A model generated the notes under the pieces. That model was not told the DNA's origin. It was given only the letters and a program-made list of their open reading frames with translations, and did not search any database. DNA of 48,580 nucleotides, taken from the NCBI GenBank assembly GCA_046583355.1, contig JAYGCM010000056.1, positions 1 to 48,580 of the forward strand. The letters are read 5' to 3'. A program made the translations under genes and the position numbers. Position 1 is the first letter of the stretch, and every line of letters starts with the position of its first letter. Below, one piece after another: positions 37,134 to 45,378 of the stretch. This stretch comes from Deltaproteobacteria bacterium (GTDB lineage Bacteria > Desulfobacterota > Binatia > UBA12015).

Positions 37134-38666
37134 ATGCGCACGAAACGATTGGATCGTAGGCTTTCCTTGGAGCCTGCTCGTAGGTTGCCTTCGGGTGGCC
37201 TGGCCGCGGCAGGTTCAGCGGTGTCGCGCCGCCGATTCCTTGGCGGCGCCCTGGCGGCCGCGGGCGTGGCGGCCTTGCCCTCGCTCGTTCTGCCCGGCTG
37301 CGGTGGCAGCAGCGCCGGCGTCCCGGAGTTGGTCGTGGATCCGTCGATACCCTGGTGGTTGCAGAACAACTTCGCGCCCGTCGTAGACGAAGTGGAGGCC
37401 TTCGACCTGCCCATCCGCGGCGCCTTGCCGCCCGAGTTGAGTGGCGTCTACGCGCGCAACGGCTCCAATCCACAAAGTGGCGACTCGACGCATTGGTTTC
37501 TTGGCGACGGAATGGTGCACGGCCTGCGCCTCGAAGGTGGTGCCGCGCGCTGGTATCGGAACCGTTATATTGACACGCCCTATTACCGAGCCGGCAGTGA
37601 TTACCGCGACGGCTTGGGACCGCCGCTGCGCGGCAATCATCAGGCCAATGTGAGTCTGATCCATCACGGCGGCAAGCTGCTGGCTTCGGGCGAGGTGGGC
37701 GCGCCCTATATCATCGACCCGGAGACGATGGAGACGATCGGCTGGACGGATTTCGAAGGCGAGCTCTCGGCGTCGTTCACCGCACATGCGAAGATCGACC
37801 CGGCGACCGGCTACCTCCATTTCTTCGGCTATTTCTTCGCGCCTCCCTTCCTGCGCTACTACGTCGCCGACACGACCGGGCGGGTGATTCATGCCAGCGA
37901 GATTCCGGTGGCCGCGAGCACGATGATGCATTCCTTTGCGATCACCGAGAGCGACGTCGTATTCTGGGAGGGGCCGGTTCTCTTCGGCGCGCCCGATGTC
38001 CCCGGCGGTTTCCCTTTTGTCTGGGATGAGAGCTACGGCGCACGCATCGGCATCATGCCCTTGGGCGGGCGTGGCGAGGAAATCCGCTGGGTCGAGATTC
38101 CCCCTTGCTACGTCTTCCACGAGCTGAACGCATACCGCGAAGGCAGCGATATCGTGCTTGATGTCTGTCGCCACTCCAAGGTGATGGATGGTGAGCGGAT
38201 CGGCTCGCAGTCGCCCCGGCTGCACCGCTGGCGGGTCGGGACGGCCGCGGCTGAGCTGACTTTCCGCGAGGAAATTCTCGCCGACGATATCGGTCTGGAG
38301 TTCCCCTATGGCGACAAGCGCGTGCTTGGGCGCAAGCACCGCCATGGTTGGTTCGTCGAGTTTCGCGAACATCCCGATACGATCGACCCCGGCAGCATCG
38401 TCCATTTGGATCTGCAGACCGGCGCACGCGCGTTCTGGGACGCCGGTGCGGCGCGCCAGGCCGGCGAGGCCATCTTCGTGCCGGGCGGCGCCGGGGAGGG
38501 CGAGGGCTGGCTGCTCAGTATCGTGTATGACCGCGCCAGCGATGTGAGTGACCTGGTGGTTCTCGATGCGCTCAATGTCGCCGCCGGTCCGGTCGCCGAG
38601 GTGCGCCTCCCGCAGCGCGTTCCCTTCGGTTTCCACGGCACCTGGATACCCGACTCGGCACGATAG
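37134..38666 (+). CDS. Carotenoid oxygenase (RPE65/CCD/LSD) family protein with Tat signal and lipobox
   Basis: HWFLGDGMVH, FTAHAK, MMHSF, VFHE, GEAIFVP, RVPFGFHG (four Fe-binding His); SRRRFLG and LPGC. Start may instead be GTG 37221. Confidence 0.9.
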   Translation: MRTKRLDRRLSLEPARRLPSGGLAAAGSAVSRRRFLGGALAAAGVAALPSLVLPGCGGSSAGVPELVVDPSIPWWLQNNFAPVVDEVEAFDLPIRGALPPELSGVYARNGSNPQSGDSTHWFLGDGMVHGLRLEGGAARWYRNRYIDTPYYRAGSDYRDGLGPPLRGNHQANVSLIHHGGKLLASGEVGAPYIIDPETMETIGWTDFEGELSASFTAHAKIDPATGYLHFFGYFFAPPFLRYYVADTTGRVIHASEIPVAASTMMHSFAITESDVVFWEGPVLFGAPDVPGGFPFVWDESYGARIGIMPLGGRGEEIRWVEIPPCYVFHELNAYREGSDIVLDVCRHSKVMDGERIGSQSPRLHRWRVGTAAAELTFREEILADDIGLEFPYGDKRVLGRKHRHGWFVEFREHPDTIDPGSIVHLDLQTGARAFWDAGAARQAGEAIFVPGGAGEGEGWLLSIVYDRASDVSDLVVLDALNVAAGPVAEVRLPQRVPFGFHGTWIPDSAR

Positions 38667-38780
38667 CGTTTGCCTGGTATGCGGCCGCTACGTAGCTTTG
38701 CGGTGCGTTTCAGCGGCCATTGAGCGAAGTTGCGCAGAATTCGATTTTATCAGGTCCACCAACAGGGTATCCAAAGCTGT

Positions 38781-40898
38781 ATGAATCCTGTCGGAAAAGC
38801 GTTGTGCATCCTCGGGCTCTGTCTTCTCACCATTCTCGGGTTCCGCGGCGTCGTGTCGGCGCACGGGGATTCGGCCACCGATGGCCTGATCGATGGCGGA
38901 GGGAATCCGGCCAAGGATTGTGTCGCCAAGTTCCAGACCGGGCTGGAGTTGAACTACCCGGCCGCACCGAAGCGGCCGCGGGAGCTTCGCTGCACCGATG
39001 GCGACCTGGCTTGTGACACCGATGGTATCGTGAATGGCTCCTGCACGATTCCGGTCGGGTTGTGTTTTCTCGACGATGCCGACCCGCTCTGCGAGCTTGC
39101 CGGGCTCGCGCCCGGAAGTGTCGAAATCAAGAACAAGCCCCTCGGCCACCGGCGCTACGATGCCGACGCGGCAGCCCTTCAGGTATCGGTTGACGCTCTG
39201 CTCGGCGCCGCGGGGCTCGCCTGCGACAACCCGGGTGCCGGTGGCGGGAATTGCCTGGTCTGTACCGAGACGAAGGTTCCGGTCGTGGTTTCGCTCGATG
39301 TCCGCCGCGGCAAGAAGAAAATCAAGCTCAAGGCAACGACCGACGCACTGGCCTCGACCGGCCGCTCCGTGAAGGATGTCGACAATCTCCGGATTCGCTG
39401 CTTGGCCTGCGAAAACGAGACCTTTGCCCATCTCTCGCAGATTCTCTTCAAGACCAATTGTGCGTCCGCAGGGCCGTGCCACGGTGGCGGCGCGCCGGCT
39501 GCCGGTCTGAGCCTTGACCCGGACGTGGTCGGTCTCGATGGGCTCTATGCCGAGCTCGTGGATGAGTCGCCCTCGTCGTGGGGTGCCGCTACGCTCGGCA
39601 TGAATCGCATCACGCCGGGAGATTCCGCGCTCGGTACCCCGGCGTCGACCAGCCTGCTCTACGAAAAACTGTTTCATACCAACAACGAACTCGATGCCCT
39701 CTGTGCTGGCGCCGGGCTGGCGGACGGCTGCCTTGGCCTGAATATGCCGCCGGGATCCGATGTTTTTTCAACCGGAAAAATGGATCTGCTGCGAGCCTGG
39801 ATCGAGGCGGGCGCGCCGCGCAATGGCTTCGTCGATGGCGCCACCTGCGGCGAGCCTGAAGATATCTGGCAGCCGGCCACGGCGCTGGCGCCGCCGGCAC
39901 CGGGCGAGGGCTTCCAGATTCATATGGAAGCTCCGGAAGGCTTCTGGCTTGCGCCCGGCGACGAGTTCCAAGGCTGCCAATGGATCGAGATCCCGTCGTC
40001 GGTCACGGAAGATTGGTACATCAATCGCGTTGAGATCGTCGCGAACCACGGCACTCACCATATCCTGCTCTACGAGGATATTCTCGATGGTGCACCGGCG
40101 GCTCCCACCGCCTTCGACCCGACTGATAGCGGCTGCAGTCGGCGCTTCGGACAGAAGTTCTTCCGCATGGGGACGCAGGACCCGGAGGCCATCCTCGGCT
40201 TGCCGGGCGATACCTATTTCATCATTCCGCCGGGGCATGTGATCGGCGTAAATCCGCATTATGTCAATAACTATAATGTGCCGATCCAGCCGGAAGTCTG
40301 GGTGAATTTCTACGGCTCGACCACGTCGGGTGGCGCCGAGGCGCGGCTGACCTTCGTGGGTGATTCAGACTTCTCGGTGGCCCCGGGTGTGACTGGGGTG
40401 GGGAATCTGAAAAAATACACCAACAGCACGGGCGGCGGGCAATGCTATTTCGCGCTCACCTCTCACCAGCATCGCAGGGGCACCGGCTTCAAGATGTGGT
40501 CGAGCGCACCGTCGGGGTGGAACGATACGAGCGATCGGATCTACTACAGCCGCGATTGGGACCATCCCGATGTTCTCGCGGACGACCCTCCCTACCGCCT
40601 CCAGTCCGGCCAGAGCCTCTGGTACCAATGCGAGTGGGACAATGGAGCGCTTGCCGACGTGACCCGGCGCTGCCAGCCGAAGACAGAGGCGAATTGCCAG
40701 CGGAGTAACCGGGATGTCTGCTTCAGCGACGCCGATTGCGACCCCGCGACGACCTCGGGTCATTGCGGTGAATGCGCCCTTGACTTTGGGCCGATGTCGG
40801 AAGACGAAATGTGTTTCCTCACCGGCTTCTGGTACCCCGAACAGCCCGGTCCCGAGCCGTGCCCCTGGTCTTCCCCGCCGGGCTCGTTTGAGTTCTAG
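38781..40898 (+). CDS. Secreted Cys-rich protein with heme-c-like motif and PHM/DBH-type copper monooxygenase-like domain
   Basis: Signal peptide (VSA|H), CASAGPCH (39459-39482), MPP, THH (40056-40061), NPHY, SHQH (40464-40472), DEMC (Met 40809-40811). Confidence 0.75.
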   Translation: MNPVGKALCILGLCLLTILGFRGVVSAHGDSATDGLIDGGGNPAKDCVAKFQTGLELNYPAAPKRPRELRCTDGDLACDTDGIVNGSCTIPVGLCFLDDADPLCELAGLAPGSVEIKNKPLGHRRYDADAAALQVSVDALLGAAGLACDNPGAGGGNCLVCTETKVPVVVSLDVRRGKKKIKLKATTDALASTGRSVKDVDNLRIRCLACENETFAHLSQILFKTNCASAGPCHGGGAPAAGLSLDPDVVGLDGLYAELVDESPSSWGAATLGMNRITPGDSALGTPASTSLLYEKLFHTNNELDALCAGAGLADGCLGLNMPPGSDVFSTGKMDLLRAWIEAGAPRNGFVDGATCGEPEDIWQPATALAPPAPGEGFQIHMEAPEGFWLAPGDEFQGCQWIEIPSSVTEDWYINRVEIVANHGTHHILLYEDILDGAPAAPTAFDPTDSGCSRRFGQKFFRMGTQDPEAILGLPGDTYFIIPPGHVIGVNPHYVNNYNVPIQPEVWVNFYGSTTSGGAEARLTFVGDSDFSVAPGVTGVGNLKKYTNSTGGGQCYFALTSHQHRRGTGFKMWSSAPSGWNDTSDRIYYSRDWDHPDVLADDPPYRLQSGQSLWYQCEWDNGALADVTRRCQPKTEANCQRSNRDVCFSDADCDPATTSGHCGECALDFGPMSEDEMCFLTGFWYPEQPGPEPCPWSSPPGSFEF

Positions 40899-42085
40899 AG
40901 GTTTGCTGGCTGGAGGCGGATCAGCGCGATTTCGCGTGGGCAGCCGATCCGCAGCGGCAGGCCGGCCACGCCGAGGCCGCGGCTCACGTACATCGCCGAG
41001 CGACTTTCGGTGAACACGCCACGTGTCCGATTCGCGATCATCCGTGAGAGGTTTTGGTGGGGCGCACCCGGGAAGGCGACTTGGCCGCCATGCGTATGGC
41101 CGGCGAGCACGGCGTCGAAGCCCAGTCTTGCCGCGTGGGAGAACCAGGCCGGCCGGTGCGCAAGCAGCAGGCTCGGCAGGTGTCGCGGCATGGCGGCGGC
41201 GAGTTCGGCCAGTACCGGGTTCTCGGACTCGCGTTCGGTCCAGCCTTGGCCGTCGTCTTCGATTCCTGCGACGATCAGTCCGCCTGTTTCGCCCAGCGCG
41301 AGCTCTTCCCATTCGTTGCGCAAGAGCCGGATTGCCGTGAACTCCGCCAGGCCCGCCGCGACGGCTTCGGTGCCTGTATAGACATCGTGGTTGCCGAGCA
41401 CGGCGAATACGCCGTAGCGCGCCTCAAGCCGGGCGAGTTCGCGGCAACCGTCTGCGATATAGGCCGGGTCGAAATCGAAGATATCCCCGGTGATGGCGAC
41501 GATATCGTTGCCCTGCTGATTGATGCGATCGACAAATACGCGTAGTCGATCGGGTTTCAGCAGCGGGCCGATGTGGAGGTCCGTGATATGCGCGATCTGC
41601 AGGCCGGTAACCTCGGGTGCCTGCGCGGCCGGATGGTGGATGGGCAGGGTGATGCGGTCGACCTGGATGCGAGATTGTCCGTAGGAAGCGCCCCAGGCGA
41701 TCGCGCCGAAGCCTAGTGCAATTACGAGGCCGCCCGTCCAGACGAGAATATCGTGTTCGCTGCCGGATGTGCCCGATACCCAGGCGCCGCCCTGGATGAG
41801 TATGAAGACGAAGGCCAGCAGGATGCCCGTCAGCAAGGCGCCGACGCTGCCGAGGATGAAAGTGCGGCTGGCGACAAGCGCGGCACCACGCCCGTGCATG
41901 CGCCGCCGCGCCAGCGGGAACAGCACATAGTTGAGGCCGATCAACGCGGTGCCGCCCGCGAACCACTCCAGCCCGCCCAGCCCGCGGCCACGCCATGCGA
42001 GTGAGAGCCAATGCGCGAGCAGCGTCTCGCCCACGGCAAGCAGCAAGATGGCGAGAGCGAATATTCTTGCGAACCGAGAACTCAT
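40895..42085 (-). CDS. Membrane-anchored metallophosphoesterase (YkuE-like)
   Basis: DLH, GD, GNHD, AH and GHTHGGQ motifs after several TM helices. Confidence 0.92.
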   Translation of the reverse strand: MSSRFARIFALAILLLAVGETLLAHWLSLAWRGRGLGGLEWFAGGTALIGLNYVLFPLARRRMHGRGAALVASRTFILGSVGALLTGILLAFVFILIQGGAWVSGTSGSEHDILVWTGGLVIALGFGAIAWGASYGQSRIQVDRITLPIHHPAAQAPEVTGLQIAHITDLHIGPLLKPDRLRVFVDRINQQGNDIVAITGDIFDFDPAYIADGCRELARLEARYGVFAVLGNHDVYTGTEAVAAGLAEFTAIRLLRNEWEELALGETGGLIVAGIEDDGQGWTERESENPVLAELAAAMPRHLPSLLLAHRPAWFSHAARLGFDAVLAGHTHGGQVAFPGAPHQNLSRMIANRTRGVFTESRSAMYVSRGLGVAGLPLRIGCPREIALIRLQPANL

Positions 42086-42151
42086 CTGAAGGCGACGCTA
42101 CCACCGTCCTGCATCCGCAGCCACGCATCGAGCGGGCAATAGGCGGCGCCT

Positions 42152-42318
42152 CTAGAGGTCCGGCCGAAAAGCAGGGCTTGGCACAGAGGGCGTCGATTCT
42201 GGCTGCTGGCAAGGAACGCGACCGAGGAATAGCACAGCTATTCCGACAGGAGCGTGACGCAGACTAGCAGCCAGAAGTGGCGTCCGGATGCAGGCCGGCT
42301 TTTCGGCCGGACCGCTAG
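42152..42318. mobile_element. 167-bp fold-back MITE-like element bounded by CTAG
   Basis: CTAGAGGTCCGGCCGAAAAGC...GCTTTTCGGCCGGACCGCTAG (20/21); inner TTCTGGCTGCTGG/CTAGCAGCCAGAA (12/13); apical GGAATAGC-ACA-GCTATTCC centred at 42235, the exact midpoint. Confidence 0.8.
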
Positions 42319-42757
42319 CTGCGGCGCAATTCTCGTCGCACCATTTGGTCGGCGACGGCGTCCATTAGCTTGGGGAGTTTTTGTGAGAGCCACCGAGCCA
42401 GCCGGGCACGACGTCCTGGTACGATGGTGGTCCGTCCGGCGTCGAGACCGGCGAGGATTTCCCGGCATGCCTGCTCGACCGAGAGGGTGCCCGAGAATTT
42501 CTTCAACTCAAGGCTGATCGGGTCACCGGTGGCACGCTCGTCGCAAGCGCCGCAGCATCGCGGATGTCGACGGTATGAAAGGTGCATTTCGCGCCGCGCG
42601 CCTGCGCCCGGCGCAGGAGGTCGGCGCGTGGTTCTTCGTCCGTCGCGAGATCGAAGACGGCGATGTCCGTACCGCGCTCCAGCAGCTTCTCGGCGAGGCG
42701 TCGGCCCATGCCACTGGCCGCGCCGCTGATGAATGCATTGCGCCAGACCGCGGCCAA
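42315..42757 (-). pseudogene. SDR oxidoreductase remnant with internal deletion and frameshift
   Basis: N-terminal ISGAASGMG in one frame and an SDR-like C-terminus (SVEQACREILAGL...IVPG) in another; NAG and YxxxK are absent. Frames switch near 42530-42540. Confidence 0.8.
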
Positions 42758-42758
42758 T

Positions 42759-42985
42759 TCAGGCGTCTCCCGCGGCCACGATATCGACGAGCTCGAGAAC
42801 GTTCAGTTCGGCCGTCGCTTCTGGAGTAATCTTCTCGAAAGCCTTGAAGAAGCGCATGCCGAGATGGATGGTCGTGCCGTCGGCGAGGTGGTTGTCGAGC
42901 CAGCGATCGTTGTCGCTATCGAAGATCAGAAGCATCTCGGCACCTGGAGTGCTGAACGGTTGGTGGTGGAGTCTTCGTTCGTCAT
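42759..42985 (-). pseudogene. Gene remnant: start fragment plus out-of-frame C-terminal fragment
   Basis: AAGGGA site and ATG 42985 give only 19 aa (stop at 42926). A second frame with gene-like codons runs 42935-42759 (58 aa) and ends next to the SDR start. Confidence 0.5.
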
Positions 42986-43017
42986 ATTCTTGTTCCCTTG
43001 GTTGTTGCGGATGGAGC

Positions 43018-43989
43018 TCATCCGCGACGGGGAATCAGGCCCTTTTCCAGGAGCCATGATTCGGTTTTTTGCATGCCTGCGGCGAGATCGATGCGCGGCG
43101 CATAGCCGAGCAGGCGGCGTGCTTTGTCGATCGAGTAGGTCCCCCGACGCGAGAGCATGCGCATGGTTTCGCTCCCGATCTCGGTGTCGCGGCCCAATGC
43201 CGTGAGCAGGCTGCCAGCGATGCCGGACAGGCGGGTGGCGAGCGGTGCCGGCAGGGAGCGGATCGGACCGCGGCCGAGCATCCGCGCATAATGGCCGAAG
43301 AATTCCTCGGTCGTGACGCCGATGCCGTCGCCTAGAATAAATACCTGACCCGCGGCTTCGCGCCGCGATCCAGCTGCCTCGAGGCCGTCCAGGAGGTTAT
43401 CGATATAGACCGGGCTGAAGATGGTGCGGGTCTTGTCGGGCAGGAGGAATTGCCCTGTGCGCATCATTTCGACCGGCAGGATGGTCCAGGGGCGGGAACC
43501 GGGCCCGTAGACATCGGTCGGGCGGATGATCGTTGCTTCGAGTTCGCCGGCGCCATGAGCTTGCAGGATGATATGTTCCGATGCAATCTTGGTATCGACA
43601 TAATGGTTGCCAGTGGCGCGCAGTGGGAAGCTCTCGTCGATGCCGTCGGGGAAATCGAAACCGAAGGCCGCAACCGAAGAGAGTTGGATGAAGCGACCGA
43701 CGCCCCGGCGGGCCGCCTCAGTGGCCAGGCGCTGCGTGCCGAGTACATTCACCCGCCAGAAATCGGCCTCGCTGGCGACGTTGGAGACGATGGCTGCGGT
43801 ATGGAAAAGCAGGTCACAGCCGCGCAGGTGCTCGCTCCAATGCGCCGGCTCGACGACATCGCCGGCGATGACACCGAGGCTCGCATCGGCCATGCGGTCG
43901 ACCCCGATGACCTCGGCGCCTGCTTTCCGATAGCGCTCGGAGAGGGCCTTTCCGATGAAGCCGAGCGCGCCGGTGACAAAAACTTTCAT
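43018..43989 (-). CDS. NAD-dependent epimerase/dehydratase (extended SDR)
   Basis: VTGALGFIG, HTAA, SS, YVDTK, RPTDVYGPG; ATG overlaps the upstream stop (ATGA). Confidence 0.92.
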   Translation of the reverse strand: MKVFVTGALGFIGKALSERYRKAGAEVIGVDRMADASLGVIAGDVVEPAHWSEHLRGCDLLFHTAAIVSNVASEADFWRVNVLGTQRLATEAARRGVGRFIQLSSVAAFGFDFPDGIDESFPLRATGNHYVDTKIASEHIILQAHGAGELEATIIRPTDVYGPGSRPWTILPVEMMRTGQFLLPDKTRTIFSPVYIDNLLDGLEAAGSRREAAGQVFILGDGIGVTTEEFFGHYARMLGRGPIRSLPAPLATRLSGIAGSLLTALGRDTEIGSETMRMLSRRGTYSIDKARRLLGYAPRIDLAAGMQKTESWLLEKGLIPRRG

Positions 43990-44486
43990 TTTAATTTCTC
44001 CTCTCGAGCCGGCCGGAAGCCGGTGAGCTGCCATGCCCAGCGGCGCGGATAGACCAGCTCGATATTTTGCCCCGAGGGGAGTTCGAAATACATCACACGG
44101 AAGATCCCGACATCAAGCGGGGTGGGGCTGTTCGGGCGCAGGCCGCAGGCCACCCAGCGCGCAAACGTGGCGTCGAAAGTCGCCCGGTCGCGCACGACGA
44201 TCGCGACGTTCATGATGCCATGGTCGGCCGGACTCTCGTCGGCCCGGCGCGTGGCCGGCTTGGGCGACAGGAAACGAAAGAACTCGAGTTGAAACCACGC
44301 CCTTCCATCCGTCAGCCAGCGACCGGGGAAAAGGGGGTGCGGCAGGCCATTGACCTTCGCGGCCGGCGGGCCGCCGAATAACGTTGTTCCGCTGGGCCGC
44401 AGCTCCAGGCCGCGGCAGTACCATGCAGAGAGGTTCGTGCTGCCGAGGTGGTTGAAGGCCACCTGGCCGATCGAGAGTGTCGACAT
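43986..44486 (-). CDS. VOC family protein, single domain, possibly shortened by in-frame deletion
   Basis: GQVAF, FQLEFF, DHGIMNVA and GQNIELV glyoxalase-type strands; 166 aa. Confidence 0.6.
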   Translation of the reverse strand: MSTLSIGQVAFNHLGSTNLSAWYCRGLELRPSGTTLFGGPPAAKVNGLPHPLFPGRWLTDGRAWFQLEFFRFLSPKPATRRADESPADHGIMNVAIVVRDRATFDATFARWVACGLRPNSPTPLDVGIFRVMYFELPSGQNIELVYPRRWAWQLTGFRPAREEKLK

Positions 44487-44520
44487 AGAAGAATTTCTAG
44501 CGCGACTGAACTCGAGAGAC

Positions 44521-44557
44521 TTGCCTTTGTGCGACAATGTTTTACCCTTGTGCGACA
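44521..44557. promoter_or_regulatory. Tandem direct repeat, probable AraC-family binding site
   Basis: TTGCCTTTGTGCGACA (44521-44536) and TTACCCTTGTGCGACA (44542-44557), 14/16 identical, 21-bp period, between divergent VOC and AraC genes. Confidence 0.7.
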
Positions 44558-44585
44558 GTGATCTTCAGGAGGGGATGGAGGAGCT

Positions 44586-45155
44586 ATGTCGATCGTTCGG
44601 GTGGTGTCGCTTCTCGCCGAGGGGCGCCGGCCTCTCCTCGCGGTGCACCTCCCGCATGCACGCAAGGCGCGCCTGGCAAGCTACCGCGTGCAATTCGGTG
44701 TCCCCATCACCTTCCATGCCGAGGTGGCCGCATTGGAATTGCACGCGGCCGATCTGGCTCTGCCGATCCGCGCGGGGCGTCGCGAGCTGCGTGAACTCGC
44801 CTACGATTATCTGGAGATTCAATCGATCACCCCGGAGATGCCCTTTGTCGCTCGCGCCCAAGCTCTTGTGCGGCGTTCCCTGGGCACGGGCAAGAGCGGG
44901 TGCCGGGACGTCGCCGCTGCATTGGGTCTCCACCCGCGCACTTTGCAGCGCCGCCTACGCGCCGAGCAGAGCTCGTTTGCCGACGTCAAGGATGCTGTGC
45001 GCCGGAATCTCGCGCGCGACTACCTGGCCGAGCACGAACTCTCGCTGGGGCAGGTGGCCGCCCTACTGGACTACAGCGAACAATCCGCCCTCACGCGCAG
45101 CTGCCGACGCTGGTTCGGCCAGCCGCCGCGCGCATTGCGTCAGGCAATGGAGTAG
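44586..45155 (+). CDS. AraC-family regulator lacking most of its N-terminal sensor domain
   Basis: HTH region VAAALGLHPRTLQRRL...LLDYSEQSALTRSCRRWFG; GGAGGAG site before the ATG; only 189 aa. Confidence 0.8.
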   Translation: MSIVRVVSLLAEGRRPLLAVHLPHARKARLASYRVQFGVPITFHAEVAALELHAADLALPIRAGRRELRELAYDYLEIQSITPEMPFVARAQALVRRSLGTGKSGCRDVAAALGLHPRTLQRRLRAEQSSFADVKDAVRRNLARDYLAEHELSLGQVAALLDYSEQSALTRSCRRWFGQPPRALRQAME

Positions 45156-45191
45156 GCCGCTCCACTCGTTGCGGAGGCTGTCGGATAGTTT

Positions 45192-45226
45192 CGTGAAAAC
45201 TCGGATGCCAACTCCGAATTTTCACG
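45192..45226. promoter_or_regulatory. 14-bp inverted repeat (operator or terminator-like)
   Basis: CGTGAAAACTCGGA-7 nt-TCCGAATTTTCACG, one mismatch. Confidence 0.6.
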
Positions 45227-45285
45227 GGGGAATCGGTTGATGATCGACCGAACGGGATATCGGGAGAGGCTCGAAACAGCGATGT

Positions 45286-45348
45286 CCTCGCCACCGGCTG
45301 CAATCGGTGTTCTTTGTGTTTCGTTGCGCTTTCCGGCCGGACCTCTAG
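45286..45348 (+). repeat. Degenerate half-copy (arm) of the fold-back element
   Basis: Ungapped 43/63 match to the reverse complement of 42152-42214; the last 21 nt match at 20/21. Confidence 0.8.
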
Positions 45349-45378
45349 GCTTTGGACCCGGACTGGAAGGAGGGGGAG

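Noticed and set aside
40895..40902. CTAGAGGT at overlapping stop codons, resembling the element's end
   Set aside because: Only 8 bp and inside coding sequence; not distinguishable from chance.
42315..42757. Programmed frameshift in the SDR
   Set aside because: No slippery sequence, and joining the frames still lacks the catalytic core; deletion explains it better.
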